A DNA stretch of 33,771 nt, from assembly GCA_018238625.1 (NCBI GenBank), contig JABCSY010000044.1, forward strand, positions 1 to 33,771. Reading direction: 5' to 3'. A program made the translations under genes and the position numbers. This DNA is from Promethearchaeota archaeon (lineage in GTDB: Archaea; Asgardarchaeota; Lokiarchaeia; Sigyniarchaeales; SOKP01). Under the pieces are notes generated by a model. It made no database searches. It had not been told where the DNA came from and saw only the letters and a list, made by a program, of their open reading frames with translations. Within the stretch, counting starts at the first letter, position 1, and every line of letters begins with the position of its first letter. This document shows positions 19,655 to 29,173 of this stretch, one piece after another.

Positions 19655-19800
19655 ATTATCTTAATCCCTTAGTAAAATGAAATATAATTAAAACTCAAGT
19701 AATTAAAATTGTTTCTGAAATTTATTTTTTTAGATAATTAGTCTATTAAAACTAAATGTAAAATAAAAAGAAAAGTAAATTAATAAAAACCTAAAAAAGT

Positions 19801-21813
19801 TTAGTCTGATTCGTCCCAGTCTACATCGACTACTTTGCCCTTCTTTTTCTTATCTTTTTTATCTTTACTATAAGTTGCTCCGCCTGTGCCAGTACCACCC
19901 ATTCCATCTGGAGGGGCTCCACCCATACCTCCTGGAGGAGAACCACCCATCCCACTAGCTGCTTGTTGGGCTTGTTCCGCTGCTTGTTGGTATGCTTGAT
20001 CTTGAGATTGTTGGCCATAAATCCTTTGAGAGAAACCATGAATCGACTTTTGCAAGTTTTCTATACCCATTTTAATTCTTTGAAGATCATCTGTTTTAAT
20101 ATCTTCTTCTAAAGATTTAATCGCCGCTTCTATTTCGCTTTTTTCATTCTCTTCGATCTTATCTTTATTATCTTCCATCAGCTGATTAGTCTGGTAGATC
20201 ATAGAATCTGCAGCATTCTTTGATTCGATTAACTCCCTTAGTTTTTTATCCTCCTCTTCAAACTGCTCCGCATTTCTAATCTTCGCCGCGATTTCCTCAG
20301 CTGACAAACCTCTCGCCCCAGTAACTGTAATACCTGTCTCTTTTCCAGTTCCCAAATCTTTTGCATTGACGTGAACAATACCATCAGCATCAATCGAGAA
20401 TTTCACTTCAATTTGAGGTATTCCACGTGGAGCAGGCGGAATTCCAGTCAAGTGAAACATCCCTAATTGTATATTATCTTTTGCCATTGTTCTTTCTCCT
20501 TGCAAAACGTTGACTTCGACGCCAGGTTGATTATTCGCAGCAGTGCTAAAAACTTGTTTCTTTTCCGTTGGAATCGTTGAATTTCGCTCTATTAGCTTTG
20601 TAAACACGCCTCCCAAGGTCTCAATTCCTAAGGAAAGAGGCGTAACATCCAACAAAAGAAGATCTTCAACATCACCAGCAATGATACCCCCTTGAATCGA
20701 AGCCCCAATCGCTACGCACTCCATAGGATCAACTGAATGATCTGGTTCTTTGCCAAAGAAGTTCTTAAATCTTTTCTGAACAGAGGGCATTCTCGTTGGA
20801 CCACCAACTAAAATAATTTTTTCAATTTCGTTAACTCCTAATTTAGCGTCAGATATGGCTCTTTTAATAATAGGATCTAATCTTCTTAAAGTAGGCTCAA
20901 TTAATTGTTCCAGTTTTGCCCGCGTAAGCTCAACTTCTATATGAACTGGATTTCCGTCTTTTTGAGTAATGTAAGGCAAGTTAATTTGAGTATTTAAAGT
21001 AGTAGATAATTCGATTTTTGCTTTTTCCGCGGCGTCTTTGATTCTTATCATAGCTTTGTTGTCTCCTTTAAGATTGATCCCTTCTTTCTTTTGAAAGTTA
21101 TTGAGGACCCAATCTATAATAGCATTGTCCATGTCTGTGCCCCCTAATTGAGTATCTCCCGCAGTAGATAAAACTTCCACAATTCCTGCACCGTATTCCA
21201 TTAGGGTTATATCAAATGTACCCCCTCCTAAGTCTAAAACGCAAATTTTAAGGAGTTTATCTTTTGTATCTCTATCAAGACCGTATGCTAAGCATGCTGC
21301 TGTAGGTTCGTTTATCATACGTACAACTTCAAGTCCGGCAATCTCACCGGCATTCTTTGTAGATGTTCTTTGGGAGTCGTTAAAATAAGCTGGAACGGTA
21401 ATCACCGCTTTCTTTACTTCTTCCCCAAGATAAGCAGACGCATCGTTTTTAATCTTTTTTAAAATCATTGCGCTAATTTCTTCGGGGGAAAACTCCTTCC
21501 ATTCGCTTCCAACTTTAACTTTTGCTTTGTAAGAGGTCCCCATTTTTCGCTTAATAGCGTAAACGGTTCCATCTGGATTAGACACAGCTTGGCGTCTTGC
21601 TGGTTCACCTACGATTTTTCTGCCTTTATCATCAAAAGCAACATAAGACGGAAATGCTTTGCCACCTAAAGTCCTTCCCTCGGCAGCAGGAACAATCTCT
21701 GGTTGCCCCGTTCCACTTAAAATAGCGCACGCACTATTTGACGTTCCCAAATCGATTCCAATGATCTTTTCTTTTTTCTTCGGTTTGCTTTCTTCACTCA
21801 CGATAAAACTCAC
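19801..21813 (-). CDS. dnaK: chaperone DnaK (Hsp70); start may be the downstream GTG at 21801
   Basis: [71 protein letters not shown]. Confidence 0.98.
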   Translation of the reverse strand: MSFIVSEESKPKKKEKIIGIDLGTSNSACAILSGTGQPEIVPAAEGRTLGGKAFPSYVAFDDKGRKIVGEPARRQAVSNPDGTVYAIKRKMGTSYKAKVKVGSEWKEFSPEEISAMILKKIKNDASAYLGEEVKKAVITVPAYFNDSQRTSTKNAGEIAGLEVVRMINEPTAACLAYGLDRDTKDKLLKICVLDLGGGTFDITLMEYGAGIVEVLSTAGDTQLGGTDMDNAIIDWVLNNFQKKEGINLKGDNKAMIRIKDAAEKAKIELSTTLNTQINLPYITQKDGNPVHIEVELTRAKLEQLIEPTLRRLDPIIKRAISDAKLGVNEIEKIILVGGPTRMPSVQKRFKNFFGKEPDHSVDPMECVAIGASIQGGIIAGDVEDLLLLDVTPLSLGIETLGGVFTKLIERNSTIPTEKKQVFSTAANNQPGVEVNVLQGERTMAKDNIQLGMFHLTGIPPAPRGIPQIEVKFSIDADGIVHVNAKDLGTGKETGITVTGARGLSAEEIAAKIRNAEQFEEEDKKLRELIESKNAADSMIYQTNQLMEDNKDKIEENEKSEIEAAIKSLEEDIKTDDLQRIKMGIENLQKSIHGFSQRIYGQQSQDQAYQQAAEQAQQAASGMGGSPPGGMGGAPPDGMGGTGTGGATYSKDKKDKKKKGKVVDVDWDESD

Positions 21814-22033
21814 TTCTTCTAAGATTAATAGTAAAAATTAATTTAAATATAATTATTTTATTTTCTATTAGTGTCTATTAAAGATATAATTAAGACATAT
21901 TTATGAATTTTATGATATAGAGATCGTTTATAAACATAAAATAAAAAAATGAGGAAATTTTTTATTAAATTATAGAATTAAAGTATTCTTGTAAAAATCA
22001 ACAGTATTAAAAATTTATAATTTATAATGGTTT

Positions 22034-22861
22034 TTGTTAATGACTCGGAAAAAAGAAAAGAAAGAAAATCCAAGCAATGAAGCGCTATTAGAGGACGAGG
22101 CTGAAGTTGCTACCGCTGATAGTAAAGAAGGTACAAGTAAAGAACAAAACGACTTACAAGCTAAAATAGAAGCACAAGACATTAAGCTTATAGAAGGCAA
22201 AGAACAAAAAGTTCTTGAATATTACTCTAAGGATAATTTAATAGAGCAAATTAAAACCCTTGAAGAAGACAATAAAAAGAAAAAGGAGCAACTTTTAAAG
22301 TATCAAAAAGAAAGCGACGATTGGAAAAATAAATACATGAGACTTCAAGCGGAGTTTGAGAACGCTCAAAAACGTTGGAACAAAAATCGACAGAATTTAA
22401 GGATAGAATACACGGCTTCGGCTCTGAAAACATTTCTACCGTTATATGATTCCTTTAAGAAAGCGCTTGAAAATAGCGACGAAAACCAAGTAATCTTGAA
22501 AGGTTTTTATGATCAATTTATTAATATTTTAAAGTATCATAAAGCATTACCTATTGATGTTAAGGTAAACGATACTTTTGATTACAATTACCACGAAGCT
22601 TTAAGCTCAATAGAAAGAGATGATCTTCCCAACAATACCATTATTAATATCATTCAAGATGGTTGGAAGTTAGATAAAGAAGTGATACGCTACGCCAAAG
22701 TTATTGTTTCTCGTGTTCCTCCCCCGCCTGAACCGGAACCAGAACCTGAAAGCGAAGAAATTAAGGAAGTAAATGGAGAAAATGAAGAGAGTAACAATGG
22801 TGTTAAGGAAACCAAAGAATCTGAGGAAGATAACAATAAAATAGTTGGAAATGAAGATTAA
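22034..22861 (+). CDS. grpE: nucleotide exchange factor GrpE with long acidic N- and C-terminal extensions (start may be ATG 22040)
   Basis: YMRLQAEFEN.QKR, FLPLYDSF, FDYNYHEA, QDGWKL..VIRYAKVIV; adjacent to dnaK. Confidence 0.9.
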   Translation: MLMTRKKEKKENPSNEALLEDEAEVATADSKEGTSKEQNDLQAKIEAQDIKLIEGKEQKVLEYYSKDNLIEQIKTLEEDNKKKKEQLLKYQKESDDWKNKYMRLQAEFENAQKRWNKNRQNLRIEYTASALKTFLPLYDSFKKALENSDENQVILKGFYDQFINILKYHKALPIDVKVNDTFDYNYHEALSSIERDDLPNNTIINIIQDGWKLDKEVIRYAKVIVSRVPPPPEPEPEPESEEIKEVNGENEESNNGVKETKESEEDNNKIVGNED

Positions 22862-22943
22862 AATAAATTAAAATCTCAATTTTCAAATTAGCTAATTTAC
22901 TCTGTTTCTTAATACTTTTTTAAAACTTTAAGTTCTCATTGAC

Positions 22944-24602
22944 TTATGTTTTTGTTCCGTTCCAATAAAAAAGTAATTTTAACTGAAGAAATATCCCTCC
23001 ATATATTATAATTCCTGGTAGTGGTGGTGGACCTTGTTGACTATTTAACCCTTCTAAAGATATTTCATTCTGGGAAGTAATTCGATATGGGAGGAAAGGG
23101 TTCCATGGATAGAGGAAATGGGGATCAAAAGGAACGTGTACCATTAGAGTTTTAAACAAACCATAGATAGGGCGCCCTACATAATTCAAAGCTTGACTAG
23201 AAAGATTTCCTGTAATATATTCCATATCGAGTAAAAATTCGACCCAATAACCAAAGTGATATTCATAAACAAATATGACTCCTGTATCATTAACTATACT
23301 TGGAATGTAATTAGTTTTAATATCTTCTAATTCGTCATGCTGCTCCATTGTGATGACTGGTCCCATTCTTGGCATAAAAATCACGACTTGAATCAAACTT
23401 GATAAAGCAAATGAAAATGCTATTATGCCAATTATTATTTGTCTATTGTTGAAATTAATTGAAAATCTTTTTGAAATAATTAAATCTATATATTTCAAAC
23501 CAAGTGGTACAATAAGAGCTATGGGAAGGAACGCAAGCAATAAAAATCTGTCTTGCCAATTTGAGGGAATAATTATCAATATAAAGAGAAGTATAGCTAA
23601 TATTAAGTATATCCACACTAGATATGTTTTTTTTGAGATAATAATATTTCCTTGATTTTTTCCCCTCTTTTTTACTCCGTTATAAAGATAATAAGATAAC
23701 GCAAGTATACCAATTAAATAGGGAATAGTAACAAACACTAAATAACTCCTGGTAAAGGGGTTTTTAGGATCTAACGAAATATTTAGCAAGGAATTTAAGT
23801 AACTTGTAAATCTATTAGTGAAATTAGATAATGTTGTAGGATATATAAAAATTAAAAGAGTAACTACTATAGTTCCTAATATTATAATAATACCAATAAT
23901 TTTTAACTCAAATACAGGTAAGGATCGAGTTTTAATAGATTTTAATACTATGTGAAAAATTAACAACCCAAAAGCCAAAATAAGAATAATTCCCGCTGTA
24001 TAAACGTGGCTAAAAAAAGAACATAACAAGAATACAAAAGTTAGGGTTCCATTCTTTTTCCAATCGTGAATATTCTCAAACCAATGAATTGCAAAATAAA
24101 TAAACCATAAGATAAAGAAGACGCCAGCTAAATTCTGCATGAAATCTTCAATCATTCTGAAACAATAAACATTTACCGTTATTAGGAATGCACTTAATGT
24201 TGAAGGTATTTTTGATTCTACACCAATCTTTTGTGAAAATGTCTCCGTTAGAAAGAATACTGGAAAAGCCATCATTGATGCGATTAACGCCATACCGATC
24301 TTTATTCCAAGATAAGAATCACCAGCTAATAATACAAATGGAACTAAATAATAGTAAATAAGTGGAGCATCGTTACTATCTGGAAATCCCGTTCTTAAAA
24401 TATGTCTAACTTGTAAATCGTAATAGGGGCCATCTGGACCATATGAAATTGGATATCTTGAGAGTGAAATCATGTAAAGTATAAATGAGAAAAGAGCAAT
24501 TGAAGCCACGCCAATAAGCCATTTATTTTTTCTTATTATCATCGCCCAATCTAAAGTTTTTATTAAACTATTAGAGCTTTTTTCGTCAGTATTATTACTC
24601 AT
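22944..24602 (-). CDS. polytopic membrane protein, GT-C (PMT/ArnT/STT3-like) glycosyltransferase-like
   Basis: TM1 followed by luminal GPDGPYY..V..I..G motif, ~12 TMs, H after TM, DRF motif, C-terminal soluble domain with YW. Confidence 0.65.
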   Translation of the reverse strand: MSNNTDEKSSNSLIKTLDWAMIIRKNKWLIGVASIALFSFILYMISLSRYPISYGPDGPYYDLQVRHILRTGFPDSNDAPLIYYYLVPFVLLAGDSYLGIKIGMALIASMMAFPVFFLTETFSQKIGVESKIPSTLSAFLITVNVYCFRMIEDFMQNLAGVFFILWFIYFAIHWFENIHDWKKNGTLTFVFLLCSFFSHVYTAGIILILAFGLLIFHIVLKSIKTRSLPVFELKIIGIIIILGTIVVTLLIFIYPTTLSNFTNRFTSYLNSLLNISLDPKNPFTRSYLVFVTIPYLIGILALSYYLYNGVKKRGKNQGNIIISKKTYLVWIYLILAILLFILIIIPSNWQDRFLLLAFLPIALIVPLGLKYIDLIISKRFSINFNNRQIIIGIIAFSFALSSLIQVVIFMPRMGPVITMEQHDELEDIKTNYIPSIVNDTGVIFVYEYHFGYWVEFLLDMEYITGNLSSQALNYVGRPIYGLFKTLMVHVPFDPHFLYPWNPFLPYRITSQNEISLEGLNSQQGPPPLPGIIIYGGIFLQLKLLFYWNGTKT

Positions 24603-24798
24603 AATAAGTATTCACATAATTTTCGTTTATAAAATTTGATATCATTTTTATTTTCTGTTGGATTTTTTTATCTTAGCTTCGATTTAAAATGTTTCTCAAA
24701 CATAAATTTTATTCATAACTTTTAATTACTAACCTAAAAAGTTATTAGTTGTTTATGATTTACAATTATAAATATCAAATTCGTTTAGTGCTTTTAAT

Positions 24799-25053
24799 AT
24801 GAGTGATGAACCTCAATTTCCAGAGCTCCCTGACATCGGAGAAATACTCGGTCGAAAGGATCGCTTTATACAAAAGAAAACAACGGTCTTAAAGTGTGGA
24901 GAATGCAAAGCTAAGTATTCTCGAGAGTTTAAAGCGGGAGACTTTACTTTTAAAAAGTTGGACGACGAAGAATGTGAAAAATGCAATCGTAGTAAGACTC
25001 TCGTTGTTGAAGAGATCTATTCTGAATGGATTGATCCAAAGAAAAAAAAATAA
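24799..25053 (+). CDS. small archaeal zinc-ribbon protein
   Basis: LKCGEC...REFKAGDF....CEKC...VEEIY. Confidence 0.8.
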   Translation: MSDEPQFPELPDIGEILGRKDRFIQKKTTVLKCGECKAKYSREFKAGDFTFKKLDDEECEKCNRSKTLVVEEIYSEWIDPKKKK

Positions 25054-25056
25054 AGA

Positions 25057-25100
25057 GATCCCTCAAGTTATCATAATATCTCTGAATTTTTGCTTAAAAT
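25057..25100 (+). repeat. ~45-bp intergenic repeat, copy 1 (upstream of ParE-type TA)
   Basis: GATCCCTCAAGTTATCATAATA-TCTCTGAATTTTTGCTTAAAAT; 40 of 45 aligned columns identical to 32293-32337. Confidence 0.85.
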
Positions 25101-25284
25101 TGGAAAAAATAGTTTCCTCATTCAATTTTATTAACCAAGAAAGCGCAAATCAGATTATATCAGCTAAGAGCAAAGTAAAATTATATAATTTCTTAAAATA
25201 ATATTTTTTTTATTATTGATAGAAATAATTTGGAACAAAAATTTTTATTACCATATTTCAATATTTTTATTGAGGTAAATTATA

Positions 25285-25461
25285 ATGGCAACTGAAAAAG
25301 AAAATGTTATGCAAATGATAAAAGAGCTCCCTGATGATATCACATTAGAGGATATTATGTATCATTTATATGCTAGAGAAAAGATTATCTGCGGTCTAAA
25401 GGACGCTGACGAGGGTAAAAAAGTTTCAAATGAAAAAGCGAAAGAAGTTATCGAAAAATAG
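25285..25461 (+). CDS. antitoxin of ParE/RelE-type TA pair (58 aa; probably truncated by 3 aa), not in ORF track
   Basis: MATEKENVMQMIKELPDDITLEDIMYHLYAREKIICGLKDADEGKKVSNEKAKEVIEK*FE*; LPDD..EDI.Y.LY...KI..GL.D...G..VS antitoxin pattern; GAGGT SD upstream. Confidence 0.85.
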   Translation: MATEKENVMQMIKELPDDITLEDIMYHLYAREKIICGLKDADEGKKVSNEKAKEVIEK

Positions 25462-25742
25462 TTCGAATAGAATGGACTGAACGTTCTTTAGAAGACCTAA
25501 ATGAGATCCGTGATTATATAGCTCGAGATTCTAATAGTTATGCAAATCTTTTTGTTAAGAAGTTATATAATGCTGTTCAGAAACTAAAGGAGTTTCCAAA
25601 TATGGGTAGGTTTGTACCCGAAATTAGTATCACATTTGTAAGAGAAATTATCTTTCAAAACTATCGAATTATTTATAGAAACATGATTGATTATATTGAA
25701 ATTATTACCATTTTCCATGGTAGTCGCTTGTTAAGATTATAA
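25458..25742 (+). pseudogene. ParE/RelE-family toxin with intact frame but ATA in place of the start codon
   Basis: (I)VRIEWTERSLEDLNEIRDYIARDS..YA...FPNMGRFVPE...REIIFQNYRIIYR....IEIITIFHGSRLL*. Confidence 0.85.
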
Positions 25743-25799
25743 TTATATATCTACTTGAATATTTGAATAATAATGGGTCTTAATAGGAATATTTGAGGA

Positions 25800-25821
25800 T
25801 GGACCTGACGGGAATCGAACC
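25800..25821 (-). other. tRNA 3'-end fragment (possible att-site remnant)
   Basis: Minus strand GG-TTCGATT-CCCGT-CAGGTCC-A = T-loop, 3' T-stem, 3' acceptor stem, discriminator; no matching 5' half nearby. Confidence 0.7.
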
Positions 25822-25920
25822 TAAGACTCTCAAATTGAATATAAATTTCTTCGAAATAATAGTACATTTCTATAAAAATAAAAAAAATAAAAAAATGGTA
25901 AATACTTGGATTGATTTTAT

Positions 25921-26886
25921 TTAATCTCTTGAAGTCTTCTTTTTATAGATGATATATGCTACAAATCCAATTACACTTATTGTTATTACTATTAAAATAA
26001 TATTTAAAACGTAATTTTCATTACCGGTACTTTTTATGGCATAGATAATATTACTATCAACATCTTTAACAACAAATGATAATTGGGTCCCTTTAGCACC
26101 GTAAGTTATTTCAACAGTATAATTTGCTTCGCCAATTCTTTCAATAGTAAGAATGTTATTATTAACTGTAGCGTTTTCACATCCAAGCTCGTCAATTAGA
26201 ATTGTTAAATATTCATTAGCAGGAAGTGCTACACCAAATCCACTAAAGATTAGCTGCCATAAAAACTCGTCGCCAGTTATATTAGAAAATTGAATTTTTA
26301 TAAATGGTGGTATACTTGGATCGTTCTGTATGTCCTCTACTAGATGGTTGTAGTCGTCTAGCATTTTCCAATAGTCTCCCGGATTCTGAAATATTAAAAT
26401 TGGATCTTGTGCGTTACTTGGACTTTCTTCAAAATTTATAGTTGTAAAATTCCAATAGGAACGTACTCCAAACCATAAATTAAAAGTATTTGTATAATTG
26501 TTGTTTATTTCAGTTTCATTATATCCTAATTCTGCTATAGCCATTAATAAAGGTATTTGACTTTTCTGAAGAATAACTGAATATAAAACATCATAAAATT
26601 CCCACGACGAATAACTCCAGCCTAAAGTTGTATATTTACTCTGGGCGTCGGTCATATTAGCTTCTCCTTCAAACCAATCAGTAGGCGTGGAGGATGCATT
26701 TACTGTAGTATGCCACGCATCCTCTTCGTATTGTGTTATAGAAAAATATTCCGTCTCTTTTATTAAAGCCACTTGGTAAGTCGATGCAACAACTACCGTT
26801 GAATAAATACCTATCAAAAACATTCCTAACAAAGAAAGACTTAGCAATATCGTTTTTGTTCTGTTTTTTCTCTTTAATTTTAACAT
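25921..26886 (-). CDS. secreted, C-terminally membrane-anchored hypothetical protein
   Basis: Basic N-terminus + hydrophobic signal; acidic N-x-T-rich body; C-terminal TM + KKK; downstream of ABC genes on the same strand. Confidence 0.75.
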   Translation of the reverse strand: MLKLKRKNRTKTILLSLSLLGMFLIGIYSTVVVASTYQVALIKETEYFSITQYEEDAWHTTVNASSTPTDWFEGEANMTDAQSKYTTLGWSYSSWEFYDVLYSVILQKSQIPLLMAIAELGYNETEINNNYTNTFNLWFGVRSYWNFTTINFEESPSNAQDPILIFQNPGDYWKMLDDYNHLVEDIQNDPSIPPFIKIQFSNITGDEFLWQLIFSGFGVALPANEYLTILIDELGCENATVNNNILTIERIGEANYTVEITYGAKGTQLSFVVKDVDSNIIYAIKSTGNENYVLNIILIVITISVIGFVAYIIYKKKTSRD

Positions 26887-26921
26887 TTAATAATACCTCA
26901 TCGTTTTTTTATTACATACTC

Positions 26922-27776
26922 CTATAATTGTTTTCGTTTGAATAGTACCATAGCGATTCCTAAACATATTACCGTATATGATAACATAACAATAATTCCA
27001 GTTTCAATAGATGGTGTTAACCACCTTCTTACTGCCCAATCTGGACCTGGCATACCTCCATTACCCCCGCCATCTGTATATCTATCAACGATTTCTGTCG
27101 GGAAATCTTGTTCCAAAATATAAGAAATTAACTTTGATATATGATCCAAGGAATAAACCGGTTCAAAATCGGGTTCTATTAAAATCACCAACATGTCAAC
27201 CATCCGAAGAACAATTAAAAATATCATTATACAAGCTATTATGGTCATGTTAACATTTTTCATAAAAGAACTAAATAATGTTACAAAACTACTTATAGCT
27301 AAAACATATAAAAATGAAACTCCGAGACTATAGAAAAATCTAATATTTAGTGGCCCCCCATAATAGTACATGCCAAGAAATCCAAGTGTAAGGTAAAATA
27401 CTCCCGTAACAACATAAACCATAGTTAAATTTCCTAAAAATTTCCCTAAAACTAATTTATATTTGTTAATTATAGGAAATACAATATGTCCCGTTTTATA
27501 ACTATATTCAGAACATATTATTCCTCCAAAAAAGAAACAAACCGCAAAAATAAGAATAAAAGTTAAAAACATAAATCCTTGTTGGAAATAGTCTGCTTGA
27601 GTTGGAGGAAGTGGATTATCAGGAATTAAAACGAAAGGTAAATAACTTAACAGTAACACAAAAACTACAGAAAGCGCTATAAAAAAAACAAGCTTTTTCC
27701 AATTCTTCTTAAGTTGGAAAGAATATGTGTTAAATATTGGTTTTATATCTACATACATTTCATTTAATGCTTGCAT
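26922..27776 (-). CDS. ABC-2 type transporter permease
   Basis: Six TMs, I.SEY..KTG....PI.K...V.GKF motif, terminal FKRKQL. Confidence 0.88.
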   Translation of the reverse strand: MQALNEMYVDIKPIFNTYSFQLKKNWKKLVFFIALSVVFVLLLSYLPFVLIPDNPLPPTQADYFQQGFMFLTFILIFAVCFFFGGIICSEYSYKTGHIVFPIINKYKLVLGKFLGNLTMVYVVTGVFYLTLGFLGMYYYGGPLNIRFFYSLGVSFLYVLAISSFVTLFSSFMKNVNMTIIACIMIFLIVLRMVDMLVILIEPDFEPVYSLDHISKLISYILEQDFPTEIVDRYTDGGGNGGMPGPDWAVRRWLTPSIETGIIVMLSYTVICLGIAMVLFKRKQL

Positions 27777-27782
27777 TTTTTT

Positions 27783-28889
27783 TTACCTCCTATTATTTGA
27801 AGTTATTTTTGGTCTTTCATCTTTTATCATTTCTGAATATATTCGCTCTAATCGAGAAGTTTTTGGTCGACTAAATGATACTACGCTGAAATCTGACTTA
27901 AATTCCGTAATTAGTATTTCTAATATTTCTGCTCTTGCTCTTTTCTTACCATTGTAATAAAAAATAATTGTTTTTTTATCTGAATCGTACTTTATTGGAA
28001 TCTTCGATATATCTGGATCAAAGTCTTTCTCTAGATACATTTCGAGTTTTTCATAGAGCTTTCTTATTAAGCTTTCACGATTCTCTGGAGGAATTGGGTC
28101 GAGCAACTTACAATCTATTTCTTTTGTTTTTAAACCCTTTTCTAAATTTTCTATTGTATCAAAAGCAATAATTTTTCCATGGTTAATCAACGCAATTTTG
28201 TCGCAGACTTCAGATATTTCATGTAACATATGAGATGCTACAAAAATAGACTTTCCTTGATTTTGGAGCTCTCTAATAAACTTTCTTATTTCTATTCGAG
28301 CTTTGGGATCTAAACCCGTTTGAGGTTCGTCTAAAACTACGATTTGTGGATCAACGAGTATTGATTGAATAATTCCTAATTTTTGCCTCATTCCTTTGGA
28401 AAAAGTTTTAACTTTTTTATGTTTCCAATCAGATAGATTAAATAATTCTAGAAGTTCATCTATTCTTTCATTGATTTTATCCCTAGGATAATTCTGAGAT
28501 TTGCCAAAATATTTTAATAGTTGATTTGCTGTCATGTCTTTATAAAAAAAGGGAACATCGATCAAAAACCCTCTACGAACGATATTTTTAGAATTACTAC
28601 TAAGATTCTGCAGTTCTCCTTGTAAATTTTCAATTAATATTCTTCCTGATGATGGTCTTAATAGCTTTGCTATCATTTTGATCGTTGTGGTTTTTCCCGC
28701 TCCATTTGGGCCAACAAGCCCTATAGTTTCACCCGCAAACACTTCTAAATTGATATTGTTAACCGCATAAAAGTCTCCAAATTTCTTACTTAGATTTTCT
28801 AATTTGATTATAGTTTTCGTTTCTTTCTTAGGTTGAGATTTAGAAATTGCTATCATTTCTACTTCTTTCTTTTCTTCTAGTTTAATCAT
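27783..28889 (-). CDS. ABC transporter ATP-binding protein (ABC-2 exporter)
   Basis: Walker A GPNGAGKTT, signature FSKGMRQKL, Walker B VVLDEP.TGLDP, SH switch. Confidence 0.95.
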   Translation of the reverse strand: MIKLEEKKEVEMIAISKSQPKKETKTIIKLENLSKKFGDFYAVNNINLEVFAGETIGLVGPNGAGKTTTIKMIAKLLRPSSGRILIENLQGELQNLSSNSKNIVRRGFLIDVPFFYKDMTANQLLKYFGKSQNYPRDKINERIDELLELFNLSDWKHKKVKTFSKGMRQKLGIIQSILVDPQIVVLDEPQTGLDPKARIEIRKFIRELQNQGKSIFVASHMLHEISEVCDKIALINHGKIIAFDTIENLEKGLKTKEIDCKLLDPIPPENRESLIRKLYEKLEMYLEKDFDPDISKIPIKYDSDKKTIIFYYNGKKRARAEILEILITEFKSDFSVVSFSRPKTSRLERIYSEMIKDERPKITSNNRR

Positions 28890-29173
28890 TTTTTTTTACA
28901 CTTCTTTGTTTTACATCTTTTTTAATTAAATTATAGTTTTTTTATACATAATCTGATTTCAAAAATTCTTTTATGAATAAAAAACTCAGTTCAATATTCA
29001 TTATATACATTTTATTATATATAAATCTTTTTATCATAATAATTATTAGATTCAGAAATGCAAATGTATAAATATCTATTAAATTATATTTTTTATTAAG
29101 AAAAGAATATAATGTAAAAAATGATTTTATAGTTTAATGTATAAATTTTTATTAATATATTTTTTAAAAAAAT

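Noticed and set aside
21814-22033. CIRCE/HrcA operator upstream of dnaK
   Set aside because: No TTAGCACTC-N9-GAGTGCTAA match and no hrcA in the window
22718-22752. GAACC-type short tandem repeat in grpE
   Set aside because: Simply encodes the PPPPEPEPEPE low-complexity linker
24896-25201. 101-aa ORF overlapping the zinc-ribbon gene
   Set aside because: Alternate-frame overlap of a better gene, runs through the intergenic repeat, no motifs
9489-25461. TAG recoding (pyrrolysine/Trp) suggested by two TAGs at probable Trp positions
   Set aside because: Both are in decaying TA loci and are explained by single G>A transitions; other genes end normally at TAG and none of the long genes has an internal TAG
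25800-25880. Complete tRNA gene
   Set aside because: Only the 3' 22 nt are tRNA-like; no D-arm, anticodon arm or 5' acceptor strand can be folded
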